Below are positions 37,154-47,289 of a stretch of DNA of 64,000 bases, piece after piece. The notes under the pieces are model-generated. The model was not told the origin of the DNA. It worked only from the letters and a program-made list of their open reading frames with translations, and did no database searches. The translations under genes were made by a program, and so were the position numbers. Location: positions 69,199-133,198 of the forward strand of contig JBFMEZ010000013.1 in the NCBI GenBank assembly GCA_040753215.1, read 5' to 3'. The stretch is from Candidatus Micrarchaeota archaeon. Lineage in GTDB: Archaea > Micrarchaeota > Micrarchaeia > Anstonellales > Bilamarchaeaceae. Every line of letters starts with the position of its first letter. Positions within the stretch are counted from its first letter, which is position 1.

Positions 37154-40100
37154 ATGGAATACTTCGAATCGCTGAGGAAAGGCCTCGAGGAGGCCTATGC
37201 CGCCGCCTCAGAGGCAAGAAGCAGGGGCTTCGACCCCGCGGAAAAAATCGAGATTCTCGTTGCAAAGGACGTCGCCGCCCGCGTCGAGGGGCTCGTGGGC
37301 CCCCCGGGCATAGCGGATGTGATAAGGAGGATGGAAGAGGAGGGAATCTCCCGCACCGACATCGCATTCAGGCTCGCGGAGCAGATTGCGGCCGGGGAGC
37401 TTTCCGGCGGCAACAAGCGCGAGCTCATAGAGCAGGCGGTGAGGACCGCGGTGGGCATCCTCACGGAAGGGGTGCTGGTCGCCCCGACCGAGGGCATCTC
37501 CAAGGTTGAGATAAACGAGAACCCCGACGGGACAGATTACGTCTCCGTATTCTTCGCCGGCCCCATCCGTTCCGCCGGAGGCACGGTCGCGGCCCTCAGC
37601 GCGGTGTTCGCGGACATCGCACGGAGGAAATGCGGGATAGGCAACTACCGGCCCACGGAGACCGAGGTGGCCCGCTACATAGAGGAGGTGGAGACCTACG
37701 AAAACCGCTGCAGCCACCTGCAATACAAGCCGCCCGAGGAGCACATCGCGGCGATAGTACGCAACTGCCCGGTCTGCATAGACGGCGACCCCACGGAAGA
37801 GGTGGAGGTCTCGGTGCACCGCGACCTCGAGAGGGTGAAAAGCAACAGGGTGCGCGGAGGCGTACCGCTTGTAATCTGCGAAGGCATCGCCCAGAAGGCC
37901 CCCAAGGTCCTGAAGCAGGCGAAGAAGTACGGGCTGGACTGGGACTGGCTACAGGACGTGATAAAGGTCAAGAAGAAGGAGGACAGGGTGGAGGTCGGCC
38001 CGGACCTCACCTACCTGGAGGGCCTTGTCGCCGGCCGCCCCGTTTTCGGCTACCCGATGGCAAAGGGGGGCTTCCGCCTCCGCTACGGCCGCTCCCGAAC
38101 CAACGGCATAATGGCCCGCAACATCCACCCTGCCGCAATGGTCCTTCTCGATTCCTTCCCCGCGAACGGCACCCACCTAAAGGTGGAGCGGCCCGGCAAG
38201 GGCTGCGTCGTCACAGTCTGCGATTCCATAGAGCCGCCCGTGGTGAGGCTGAAGGACGGCTCCGTAATAAAGGTGAAGAGCGCGGAACAGGCGGAATCCC
38301 TGCGCCCCCAGGTTGAAAAAATCCTCTTCCTCGGCGACATGCTGGTGAGCTTCGGCGACTTCCTCAAATCCAACCACCCGCTCCTCCCCTCCGGCTACTG
38401 CAGGGAGTGGTGGGAGGCAGAAATAGAGGGGAACGAGCTCGCCGTCCCGCAAATCTCCGGCGCTTCCGTGGCATTCGAATTCTCCCGCAAGCACGGCGTC
38501 CCGCTCCACCCCGACTACACGTACCCGTGGCACGACCTTTCCCACGTGGAAATCTCCTCCCTCGCCCATTTCCTCGCAAAAGGCAGGCCCGCCTGGGAGG
38601 GGAACAGGCTCCGCGAGCTGGTGCTTCCGCTGGAGAAGGAGAAATCCGCCTTCGAAAGCCTTTACATCGAGCACAGGGTTGCCGAGGGAAAGATATTCCT
38701 TTCGGGGGATGACGGCTATTCCCTCCTCTCCTCCCTGGGGCTCCTAATCGGCCAGAAGATAGACGCCTCTTCATTTTCCCTTGATGCCGGTGCCGGGGTG
38801 ATGGAAAACCTCTGCCGCCTCTCCGGGATAACCATCCGCAAAAAGTGCCCGACCTACATAGGCGCGAGGATGGGCCGCCCCGAGAAGGCAAAGGAGAGGA
38901 TAATGCCGGGGAGCCCCAACGTCCTCTTCCCCACCGGCTCCCCCAAGAACCGCAGCCTCATGAAGATTTACCGTTCTTTAAAGGGAAGGGAGAAGGAGCG
39001 CGGCATCAGTGTAGAAGTCGCACGCTTCCGCTGCGGCGATTGCGGAAAGCCCACCTTCTCAACCCGCTGCCATTCCTGCGGGGGGAAATCCTCCCTGGAG
39101 CGCGTATGCACAAAATGCGGCAAGGTCACAAAGGAGGAGAAGCATTGCGACGTCCCGACGCAGAATTACGATTACCGCCCCATAGAAATAATCTCGGTGA
39201 TGGAGAAGATGAAGTCCGACCTGGGCTTCCTTCCCCCGGATCTGAAAGGAGTAAAGGGCCTGTTCAGCGACAACAAGATCCCGGAGCGCCTCGAAAAAGG
39301 ATTCTTCCGCGCAAAACACCTCCTCTATGTTTACAAGGACGGGACCTGCAGGTTCGACGCCACAAATGCCCCGCTCACCCACTTCCGCATCTCCGAGATA
39401 AACCAGACCCCCGAGGGCATAAGGAATCTCGGCTACGGGAAGGACCATCTAGGGAGGCCCATCGCCTCCGGGGACCAGGTCGCCGCCCTCCTCCCTCAGG
39501 ACATCCTCGTCTCCCGCCACGGGCTCGAATACCTCGCCCGCACCGCCCGCTTCATAGACGACCTTCTGGTAAACCTGTACGGCCTCCCTCCCTTCTACAA
39601 AATAGAGAAGGATGAGGACCTCATCGGCCACCTCGTGGTGGGGCTCTCCCCGCACACCTCCGCGTGCGTCCTCGCCCGCATAATCGGCTACACGGATGCA
39701 AACCTCGGCTATGCCCATCCTTACTTCCATACTGCGAAGAGAAGGAACAGCGACGGCGATGAAGATGCCATTATGCTCCTGATGGACGCCCTCCTCAATT
39801 TCTCCCGCTCCTACCTCTCAACGAAGAGGGGGGGGACGATGGACGCCCCGCTCCTGCTCACCCCGAAGATAGACCCCGAAGAAGTGGACGATGAAGTCCA
39901 CGGGATGGAGGTCGTGAGAAAATACCCCCTCGAATTCTACGAGGCCTGCGAAAAATTCTCCTTCCCCGGAGAGGTGAAGCTCCGCCTTGTAAAGGATTTG
40001 CTCGGAAAGCCCGAGCAGTACGAAGACCTCAATTTCATGTTCGACACCTCAACGCTCAACACCGGCCCGATGGTCACCAATTACATAAGATTAGATTCCA

Positions 40101-40495
40101 TCCCGGAGAAGATAGAGGCGGAATTCGCCCTCCACTCAATAATCCGCGCAGTGGATTCCAAGGACGCCGCGGAGCGCCTAATCCTCTCCCACTTCATTCC
40201 CGATATTTACGGAAATTTGCGCTCCTTCTCAAGGCAGAACTTCCGCTGCGTGGACTGCAACGAAATCTACCGCCGCCCCCCGCTCCTCGGGAAGTGCAGG
40301 AAGTGCGGGGGGAAGATAATCCTCACGATAAACAAGGGAGGGATAGAGAAATACCTCAAGGTCTCCATGAAGATGGTGGATGACTACTCCCTCCCCTCCT
40401 ACCTCAAGCAGCGCCTCCAGCTGGTTGAAAAGGAAATCAGGAGCGTCTTCGAGGACGAGAAAGTACAGCAGAAGGGCCTCTCTGATTTCATGTAG
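37154..40495 (+). CDS. DNA polymerase D large subunit DP2 (no intein)
   Basis: AGPIRSAGGT, GGFRLRYGRSR, RMGRPEKA, KRRNSDGDED. Confidence 0.97.
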   Translation: MEYFESLRKGLEEAYAAASEARSRGFDPAEKIEILVAKDVAARVEGLVGPPGIADVIRRMEEEGISRTDIAFRLAEQIAAGELSGGNKRELIEQAVRTAVGILTEGVLVAPTEGISKVEINENPDGTDYVSVFFAGPIRSAGGTVAALSAVFADIARRKCGIGNYRPTETEVARYIEEVETYENRCSHLQYKPPEEHIAAIVRNCPVCIDGDPTEEVEVSVHRDLERVKSNRVRGGVPLVICEGIAQKAPKVLKQAKKYGLDWDWLQDVIKVKKKEDRVEVGPDLTYLEGLVAGRPVFGYPMAKGGFRLRYGRSRTNGIMARNIHPAAMVLLDSFPANGTHLKVERPGKGCVVTVCDSIEPPVVRLKDGSVIKVKSAEQAESLRPQVEKILFLGDMLVSFGDFLKSNHPLLPSGYCREWWEAEIEGNELAVPQISGASVAFEFSRKHGVPLHPDYTYPWHDLSHVEISSLAHFLAKGRPAWEGNRLRELVLPLEKEKSAFESLYIEHRVAEGKIFLSGDDGYSLLSSLGLLIGQKIDASSFSLDAGAGVMENLCRLSGITIRKKCPTYIGARMGRPEKAKERIMPGSPNVLFPTGSPKNRSLMKIYRSLKGREKERGISVEVARFRCGDCGKPTFSTRCHSCGGKSSLERVCTKCGKVTKEEKHCDVPTQNYDYRPIEIISVMEKMKSDLGFLPPDLKGVKGLFSDNKIPERLEKGFFRAKHLLYVYKDGTCRFDATNAPLTHFRISEINQTPEGIRNLGYGKDHLGRPIASGDQVAALLPQDILVSRHGLEYLARTARFIDDLLVNLYGLPPFYKIEKDEDLIGHLVVGLSPHTSACVLARIIGYTDANLGYAHPYFHTAKRRNSDGDEDAIMLLMDALLNFSRSYLSTKRGGTMDAPLLLTPKIDPEEVDDEVHGMEVVRKYPLEFYEACEKFSFPGEVKLRLVKDLLGKPEQYEDLNFMFDTSTLNTGPMVTNYIRLDSIPEKIEAEFALHSIIRAVDSKDAAERLILSHFIPDIYGNLRSFSRQNFRCVDCNEIYRRPPLLGKCRKCGGKIILTINKGGIEKYLKVSMKMVDDYSLPSYLKQRLQLVEKEIRSVFEDEKVQQKGLSDFM

Positions 40496-40536
40496 CTGTA
40501 ATAAAAGAAATGGAAAATAAAGAAGAAAAGAAATGT

Positions 40537-40953
40537 TCAGAGGTGGCTCCTCGCTACGCCGCCCAGCACCGGTATCTCCCATTCTTCGAACCTGTATGCC
40601 ATGTATGCGGCGTATAGCGCAACCGCGACCAGCGCCAGCCCGACGGCCAGCTGCAGTATCCCGAAGATGCACCCGAGCGGCCCGCCTACTATGCTGAGAA
40701 GGAAGCCGAATATCCCGAGCGCGACCATCGCCAGGAAGCCAACAACCCACAGCAGCCCTGCCTGCAGCGCATGGAACCTCACGAATTTGTCCTCCTTCTT
40801 CACGTAGTAAATCACGAAAGACCATGGCAGCAGGACGAAATTTATCAGGTAGCCGAGGGCGGCCAGCAGGTTGGAATCCTTGTCCCCGCCCGCCGCTTTT
40901 GGCGCCGGCGCTGCCGCCACAGCCTTCTTCTCCGCTTTCTTCTCTTCAGGCAT
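40537..40953 (-). CDS. DUF4870-like membrane protein
   Basis: AALGY..DKFVRFHALQ..IPVLG. Confidence 0.75.
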   Translation of the reverse strand: MPEEKKAEKKAVAAAPAPKAAGGDKDSNLLAALGYLINFVLLPWSFVIYYVKKEDKFVRFHALQAGLLWVVGFLAMVALGIFGFLLSIVGGPLGCIFGILQLAVGLALVAVALYAAYMAYRFEEWEIPVLGGVARSHL

Positions 40954-41022
40954 CGAAAATCACCTGCAGGGATTAAATAAGTGAGCATTATAAACCTATC
41001 CCGGAGCCTGCTGGGTGCCCAC

Positions 41023-42426
41023 ATGCTGATATTCAACACGCTCACAAGGAAGAAGGAGGAATTCGGGCCCGCGGAGGGAAAGCGGGTCCTCCTCTACGTA
41101 TGCGGCCTCACCCCCTACGACCACGCGCACGTTGGCCACGCCCGCACCTACGTCGCCTTTGACTGCATAAAGCGCTGCCTCCTGCACAGGGGCTTCGATA
41201 TTTTCCACATACAGAACGTCACAGATGTGGAGGACAAGATATTCAACCGCAGCCGCGAAACAGGAATCTCCCCCCACGACCTCGCGGAGCGCTTCCAGGG
41301 CGAGGCGATAGAGCTTTTCGACCTCCTCAACGTGCTCCGGGCCAACGCCTACCCCAGGGTGAGCGGGCACATCCCCGAAATAATAGATATGATAAGGGCG
41401 ATACAGAAGAACGGCCTCGCTTATGAGACCGAAAGCGGGGTCTATTTCTCCGTGAAGAAATTCCGCAACTACGGGAAGCTCTCCGGCCAGAAGATGGATG
41501 AGATAGAGAAGGGCTCCCGCATAGAGCCGGACGAGACAAAGGAGCACCCGGAGGATTTCGCGCTCTGGAAAAAAGGGGACGATGTGCTCACCTTTGATTC
41601 CCCCTGGGGCGAAGGCCGCCCCGGCTGGCACATAGAGTGCTCCGCGATGGCCCTGAAGTATTCCGGAGGGAAAACCCTCGACATCCATGGAGGCGCCCGC
41701 GACCTCATCTTCCCGCACCACGAGAACGAAATCGCCCAGGCAGAGGCCGCAACCGGCGCAAAATTCGTCCGCTTCTGGATGCACACCGGCTTCCTCACCG
41801 TAGAAGGGGAGAAGATGAGCAAATCCCTCGGCAACTTCATAACCCTGAAGGACCTGCTCTCCCGCCATTCCCCCAATTCCGTGCGCCTTTTCTTCCTCCG
41901 CAGCCATTACCGGAGCCCAGTCGATTACAGCGAGGAGTCCATCCACTCCGCAGAGGAATCCTGCAAGCGCATCTTCAACCTATGGGAAAGGCTGGACGAG
42001 GTATTGGGAGAAGAGAAGCCATCCACCCCGGACAAATCCTTCCGCACCGATTCCGATGCGGAAATCTCCGGCTTCTATTCCTCCATGGATGACGATTTCG
42101 ACACCCCCGGGGCAATCGCCCACCTCTTCAACCTGGCTTCCCTCGTATTTTCCCACCTTGAGAAAGAGAGCCCGGATTATGAGCAACTGGCCGAAGTTCG
42201 GGAGAAATTAGAGAATATGCTCTGGATTTTAGGTTTGAAGAAGGAGGAGGTTGAAATGCCAGAAATGACAGAGAAATTAGTCTCACTGTTGATTGATTTG
42301 AGGGAAAAAGCAAGGAAGGAGAAAAATTTCGGGATGTCCGACGAAATACGGAAAAGGCTTGGAGAGCTCGGGGTCGTTCTTGAGGATACGGAAAAAGGAG
42401 TGAAGTGGAGACTGGAAAAAAGATAA
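41023..42426 (+). CDS. cysS: Cysteinyl-tRNA synthetase
   Basis: YVCGLTPY..HVGH, PGWHIECS, FPHHENE, KMSKS. Confidence 0.97.
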   Translation: MLIFNTLTRKKEEFGPAEGKRVLLYVCGLTPYDHAHVGHARTYVAFDCIKRCLLHRGFDIFHIQNVTDVEDKIFNRSRETGISPHDLAERFQGEAIELFDLLNVLRANAYPRVSGHIPEIIDMIRAIQKNGLAYETESGVYFSVKKFRNYGKLSGQKMDEIEKGSRIEPDETKEHPEDFALWKKGDDVLTFDSPWGEGRPGWHIECSAMALKYSGGKTLDIHGGARDLIFPHHENEIAQAEAATGAKFVRFWMHTGFLTVEGEKMSKSLGNFITLKDLLSRHSPNSVRLFFLRSHYRSPVDYSEESIHSAEESCKRIFNLWERLDEVLGEEKPSTPDKSFRTDSDAEISGFYSSMDDDFDTPGAIAHLFNLASLVFSHLEKESPDYEQLAEVREKLENMLWILGLKKEEVEMPEMTEKLVSLLIDLREKARKEKNFGMSDEIRKRLGELGVVLEDTEKGVKWRLEKR

Positions 42427-42453
42427 ATCCAGAAATTTAACACATCCGGCTAC

Positions 42454-43797
42454 TCAAACGTTTACAAGCCGCAGGCTCTTCTCTGGGAACATAAGAAAAA
42501 CCGGCAGCGGAAGCTTGTTCTCCGAAAGCTCGCCCTTCGTAAGATAAACAACGCCCTCCGCCTCTTTTTTAACGTTGCCAAATTTGCATTCCAGCTTAAC
42601 GGTTTTCTTTCCGTAATTCACGATGAAGTCAATCTCGCCGCCCCTTCCTTTCTCGAAGTGCGCATAGCGCCGGATATCAAAGTCGTTCTCGCAGGTTTTC
42701 CTGTCCATATGATGGACTATTGCGGAATAGGCGCTCATCTCCGCCAGCCGCCCCATAGTCGCTGAATCCAGATTTGCAAGCCCTATGGAGTTGATTTTCC
42801 TGCTCTTGAAGAGCGCCACCCAGTAAATGAACGGGTCGGTGAAATAGATTTTCTTATTTCTGGGTGCGCCCGCCCCGGCCCGTTTATGCTTCTCAAGGTA
42901 ATCCAGCACAAACATGTTCCTAAGCAATTCCACATACTCGGAAACCGTAACGTGGTTCACCCCCCTTGCAAGCGAACTCCACGAAACCTCATTGGTAAGC
43001 GCATCAGCCACTCCATCCATCACCAGCGTGGCGGTTTCCGGCGAGCGCTTCTCCTTCGCAAGCTCGCCATCTATCCAGGCGGAATAAATAGAAAACAGCT
43101 CCTCACTGAGCGAACCTTTGGAATGCAGGGCGTTCATCGCCCTTACGAAGCCGCCGTGCAGGAAATAGCGGTGGAGGAGGGGGTTCAGTTTATCCATCCG
43201 CGCAGCTGCGTCCTCAGGTTTCTTCGCGGTTATCCCGTAAAGAGCGGCAACCTCCCTGAAACTCAGCGGATAGTAGCGGAACTTGTACTGCCCTTCCGCC
43301 ATCCTCCCCGGAAGCCTTTCCGCCTTCTTCATGATGTTTATGGAGCTGGAGCCGGTGAGCACGGCGTACTTGCCTTCAAACAACCCTTCGTCCGAAAGCG
43401 CCTTTATCGCTCTCTCCCAGTCATCCACCGCGCTTATTTCGTCTATGAAAATGTGCGCCGGGTTATAGAGGCCGTTCACCAGCTTTATGGTTTCGTAAAG
43501 TTCGAACCTGTCCTTTATCATTTCTGCATTGATGTAGAAAATGCTTTCCGGCTTCCGTATCGCTTTGGTTTCTGCCATTCCTTTTTCCAGAAGCTTTGAA
43601 ATCGCCTGCTTTATCCAGGTTGTTTTTCCGACCTGCCTCGGCCCGTAGACGACTGTTGCGCCTTTCTTTTCCGGAATGTATTCGGTCCTTTCATATACAT
43701 AAGCATAGTTTGCAAGCTGTTTCAGGTGCTTATCCTCCTTCTCCCAACCAGGGTTCTTCCACCAGGGGTTCTGCGCCGTTATATCCTCGATTCTCAT
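42454..43797 (-). CDS. AAA_14/DUF4143-type ATPase
   Basis: GPRQVGKTT, IFIDE, LTGSS, KIYFTDP, C-terminal EIDF..ECK. Confidence 0.9.
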   Translation of the reverse strand: MRIEDITAQNPWWKNPGWEKEDKHLKQLANYAYVYERTEYIPEKKGATVVYGPRQVGKTTWIKQAISKLLEKGMAETKAIRKPESIFYINAEMIKDRFELYETIKLVNGLYNPAHIFIDEISAVDDWERAIKALSDEGLFEGKYAVLTGSSSINIMKKAERLPGRMAEGQYKFRYYPLSFREVAALYGITAKKPEDAAARMDKLNPLLHRYFLHGGFVRAMNALHSKGSLSEELFSIYSAWIDGELAKEKRSPETATLVMDGVADALTNEVSWSSLARGVNHVTVSEYVELLRNMFVLDYLEKHKRAGAGAPRNKKIYFTDPFIYWVALFKSRKINSIGLANLDSATMGRLAEMSAYSAIVHHMDRKTCENDFDIRRYAHFEKGRGGEIDFIVNYGKKTVKLECKFGNVKKEAEGVVYLTKGELSENKLPLPVFLMFPEKSLRLVNV

Positions 43798-43833
43798 AAG
43801 TACCTTACGAGGGAAGCATTTTTATTCCTTGCT

Positions 43834-43890
43834 ATTATTGAAACTCTGATTTCAATAATTACGTATTTATTGAAAATATGATTTCAATAA
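43834..43890. promoter_or_regulatory. Two tandem palindromic operator-like sites
   Basis: TTATTGAAA-N6-TTTCAATAA occurs twice, upstream of the ATPase gene. Confidence 0.65.
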
Positions 43891-44055
43891 TCACCTAGCT
43901 ACGTCGATATCCTTTAGCGATGCGAGCGCAGCACTAGTCGCTCATTCTTGAATTGCAAACCGCGGGGTTTGCAGCGGACAAAGTTTCCGAACTTTATCCT
44001 CGCCTTCCGGCGTGCTCGTTTTGGAAACCGGAAACCCGGAACGGAGAACCGAGAG

Positions 44056-44130
44056 CGGGCCTGGAGGGATTCGAACCCCCGACACCCGGATTAAGAGTCC
44101 GGCGCTCTGGCCAAGCTGAGCTACAGGCCC
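44056..44130 (-). tRNA. tRNA-Lys(CTT)
   Basis: Cloverleaf; anticodon arm CCGGA CT CTT AA TCCGG; no intron. Confidence 0.96.
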
Positions 44131-44244
44131 ATGACAAAACGCGAGGGGGAGGACCCCCTCTCATTTTTTCCATGATTTTCTGATCTCCCCCCATCATTTG
44201 AGAGATCAGAAAGCAGAATATAAAAGCACCAGAACTCTTTTTAT

Positions 44245-46170
44245 TCATTCTCTCCTGCTGATCGCCATCCACATCCTGCTCTTTTTCCTCTTCCTTCTCC
44301 CCAGCATGCGGAGCAAGTCGATAAGGCCCAGCCTTCTTTTGCCTTTCTTCCCGTCCCTTGGGTCCCTGCGTGCACCCGCTTCCATCCGCCTCCTTTCTTT
44401 CGCGGCTTTTTCCTCCATCCTCTTCCGGGCACCCCCGGCCTTCGCCTCAACCATAAGCCCGGATTTCACAAATGCCACTTCCCTGCGCAGGGATTTGCGT
44501 GCATGTGCCTCCCCGCAGTACGCAATCGGTCTTGGCGCCCTTCCCGCCGTAGAAGGCCCCGCATGCCCCTTTTCCCCGCGTCGAGCATTTGCGGGGCGCA
44601 CGCGCTTCCTGCGCGGTTCGGCCTCCCCATGGACTTCTTCCGCCCTGTTTTCAGCCCCTGTGGATTTCCTTCTTTTCCTGGTCCTGGCTTTGCTGGTTTC
44701 CTGCTGCCAGGTTGCATGGTGCATATTGCGCACATCCCGGTTCCATATCCCCTGAGGGGCAGCTTCCTGCCGCAGCGCTCCCTGGCCCGCACGACCCTTA
44801 TGAAGCATTGCGGCTTTTCGCGCAGCCACACCGAAGTTTTGCACCTTCCGGTGCCCGGTCTCCCCGCCCATGCAGGCGCTTCCTCCATGCACCATTGCTG
44901 CGGAATGTCCTTTGCGCCTTCCTGCCTCCCGGATAAATGCGGCTCCGGAAGCATGTGCCGCCACCCTGTTTCCCGTCAAACCATGAAGCCGCCCAATCGT
45001 TCCCCTGTTTTCCCATGTCTTCACTGAACCAAACCTTCCCCCTTCCACTGCTCTGGAGGTTTGGTTTGCCGGCTGAGCCCTGCGGGATTCTGCCGTCGGG
45101 TTTCCTGTTTTCTGTTCCCCAATAACTTCCCTCTCTCTTTTCGCTGTATTTTTCTTCTCCTCAGCAACCGGGAAGACCGTCCGGTGCTGCAGGTAGTGCT
45201 CTGTGCGCAGTTTCATGGGCTTAGGCTTCAGCCTCTCCGCATCCATTCTCCTGCGCCTCCTCCTTATCCGCACTCTCCTGCGAGGCATCAGCATCCTTCC
45301 GGTCTCTGGTCTCCAGTTCCATATCTCTGCGGAGATAACTCCGCTTCGCTGCTGCGAAAACTGGCAGAATCCTTCGGGATTCCACCATGGTAGAAACCTT
45401 CCGGTTTCCGCCATCCCGGTTTCCGGTTGCGGGTTGTTTATTGCAAGTTGCGGGGCGGCGGGTTCCGGATGCGGAATGCCAAGTGCCGCCATGTAATGTT
45501 CCTGCATAGGGAAACTCAGCGGATTATGCGTCTGCCCCATCCCGTAGTCCGGGACAGGCTGGAAATGCTGCGGGGCAAGCGGCTCCCACCTTCCGATTGC
45601 GAGCCGTTCTCCCCCAAAAACAGAACTCCCCCACGATATCATATTTGTCTTGGGGTCGTACCTGTCCCAGGCGCGTGTCCTTAACCCTTCCGTGTTTATG
45701 TTCACGTTTCCGAAGCAGAAATCGCCCTTCGGCTTCTCCGCCTTCACGATTATTTCCTCGTCCCCTGGTATAACGTTTGCCGGGTTAAGACCCGTATAAT
45801 GCTCCCCCAGCCGTATCACGGGCAGGTTCCCGTCAAAGTAGAACTGGCAGTCATCTATCCTGAACCCGTCCCCGAACCATATGGGCCCTACGCCGAACCC
45901 GTATCTCCGGTCGTATATCTTTCCCGCATGCCCGCCATGCTGCCGCACTATGCTTACCACTCTTTCAAGCGCATCCGCATCCCTCTCTACCCATCCGACG
46001 AGCTTCCTCAGCTCCCCCTTCTCGTTCTGGAGGGTTATGCTTTTCATTTCCAGGTCCTTGTACTTCCCTGCGATGCGCTCCAGCGGAGGCCTGCGCTTGT
46101 CCGGCATCGCTTTCGTCTGCCGCTGGGCATTCTGCGGATTTGCGTACGTTATTTGTTCCTCCCCACCCAT
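44245..46170 (-). CDS. Hypothetical protein: ordered N-terminal domain plus long basic, repeat-laden tail
   Basis: 641-aa ORF; the C-terminal half contains hairpin elements and GTTTCC repeats. Confidence 0.5.
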   Translation of the reverse strand: MGGEEQITYANPQNAQRQTKAMPDKRRPPLERIAGKYKDLEMKSITLQNEKGELRKLVGWVERDADALERVVSIVRQHGGHAGKIYDRRYGFGVGPIWFGDGFRIDDCQFYFDGNLPVIRLGEHYTGLNPANVIPGDEEIIVKAEKPKGDFCFGNVNINTEGLRTRAWDRYDPKTNMISWGSSVFGGERLAIGRWEPLAPQHFQPVPDYGMGQTHNPLSFPMQEHYMAALGIPHPEPAAPQLAINNPQPETGMAETGRFLPWWNPEGFCQFSQQRSGVISAEIWNWRPETGRMLMPRRRVRIRRRRRRMDAERLKPKPMKLRTEHYLQHRTVFPVAEEKKNTAKREREVIGEQKTGNPTAESRRAQPANQTSRAVEGGRFGSVKTWENRGTIGRLHGLTGNRVAAHASGAAFIREAGRRKGHSAAMVHGGSACMGGETGHRKVQNFGVAARKAAMLHKGRAGQGALRQEAAPQGIWNRDVRNMHHATWQQETSKARTRKRRKSTGAENRAEEVHGEAEPRRKRVRPANARRGEKGHAGPSTAGRAPRPIAYCGEAHARKSLRREVAFVKSGLMVEAKAGGARKRMEEKAAKERRRMEAGARRDPRDGKKGKRRLGLIDLLRMLGRRKRKKSRMWMAISRRE

Positions 46171-46245
46171 CCAGTCCCCACCCTAATTCGGTTTCGTTTC
46201 TATTTTTCTCAAAACCTTTTTATTTCCATCCCTGTGCAAACTTAC

Positions 46246-46443
46246 GAGCATGTTGCAAATTACGAATGCGGCATAATCTCTGTGGTCCCCTAGTCTTGGG
46301 GTCTTGGAGTCTGGTGAGGTCTTGAGTTGTCCTGAGGGTCCTGAAAGTCACACAAGACCTGGAGACCATGCAAGACATGGAGACAACTGCAAGACCTGGA
46401 GACAACAACTAATTGGCATCGGTTTTAAATTTGCAACACCCTA
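46246..46443. mobile_element. MITE copy 2 (198 bp)
   Basis: Ends gagcatgttgcaaatt / aatttgcaacacccta; 8-bp target duplication AAACTTAC. Confidence 0.92.
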
Positions 46444-46453
46444 AAACTTACAT

Positions 46454-46702
46454 ATGAGCTTCCTTCTCCGCGACAAGCCCGCAAGGGTATTCTCCCTCCT
46501 CAAAAACAAGTCCACCTACCTCTCCGATATCGCGAAGGAAACCGGCACCACCTATGTGTACATCACCCACCTCATCTCCTTCCTCCAGCAGAAAGGGCTC
46601 GTAACCATCCAGAGCACGGGCAAGAAGAAAACAGTCCTCCTCACGGAAAAAGGGAAGGAGGTTGCGAACGCTGTGGAGGATTTGAGGAGGAAACTGGAAT
46701 GA
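46454..46702 (+). CDS. Winged-helix (MarR-like) DNA-binding protein
   Basis: YLSDIAKETGTTYVYITHLI..LTEKGKEV. Confidence 0.8.
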   Translation: MSFLLRDKPARVFSLLKNKSTYLSDIAKETGTTYVYITHLISFLQQKGLVTIQSTGKKKTVLLTEKGKEVANAVEDLRRKLE

Positions 46703-47289
46703 TTGAGGCATTCCCGGGCAAAGGCCCTTCCTCCCGCCCTCTCGCAACCGGCTACCTAATCAACGGAAAGGTCGCGATAGACGCTCCCGAAGGAGTCCTC
46801 TACCCAAACCCGGAATGCACAATCCTCACGCACGAGCACTGCGACCACATCGTTGGCATCTCTTCCAACCGCTGCAAGGTGCATGCAAGCCCGGAGGCCG
46901 CAAAGGCAATAGATGCAGGAAACACCTTCTGCGACGAGCTGGGCCTTCCCGGCCCCAAAGGCATCCCCATCCGCTCCCTGAAAGACGGAGAGCGCCTCCA
47001 ATTCCCGAACTTCTCCCTGCGCATCCTCCACACCCCCGGCCATTCCCCGGGCTCCATGTGCATCTACCTTGAGGAGAAGGGATTCCTCTTCTGCGGCGAT
47101 ACCGTCTTCCCGGATTTGATGCTCCCGAACCTCTCCCTTCCCCGCAGCGGCCCTTCCCAGCTCCTCCGCTCCTACGAAAAGCTCTCAGAATTAAAAATAG
47201 AGAAATTCTTCCCCGGGCACGGAAATCCATTTTCCGCTCCCGGTTATATGGAACAGCTAAAAGAGGCTCTTTCCGCTCTCCTGCACTAA
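46699..47289 (+). CDS. MBL-fold metallo-hydrolase
   Basis: THEHCDH, HTPGHSPGS, GDTVF, PGHG. Confidence 0.92.
   Translation: MIEAFPGKGPSSRPLATGYLINGKVAIDAPEGVLYPNPECTILTHEHCDHIVGISSNRCKVHASPEAAKAIDAGNTFCDELGLPGPKGIPIRSLKDGERLQFPNFSLRILHTPGHSPGSMCIYLEEKGFLFCGDTVFPDLMLPNLSLPRSGPSQLLRSYEKLSELKIEKFFPGHGNPFSAPGYMEQLKEALSALLH

Noticed and set aside
37154..40495. Intein in PolD DP2
   Set aside because: Length is normal and the HTAKRRNSDGDED region is uninterrupted.
46246..46443. CRISPR array in the short internal repeats of the MITEs or the GTTTCC arrays
   Set aside because: Units are 7-9 nt in tandem with no unique spacers, and there are no cas genes in the window.
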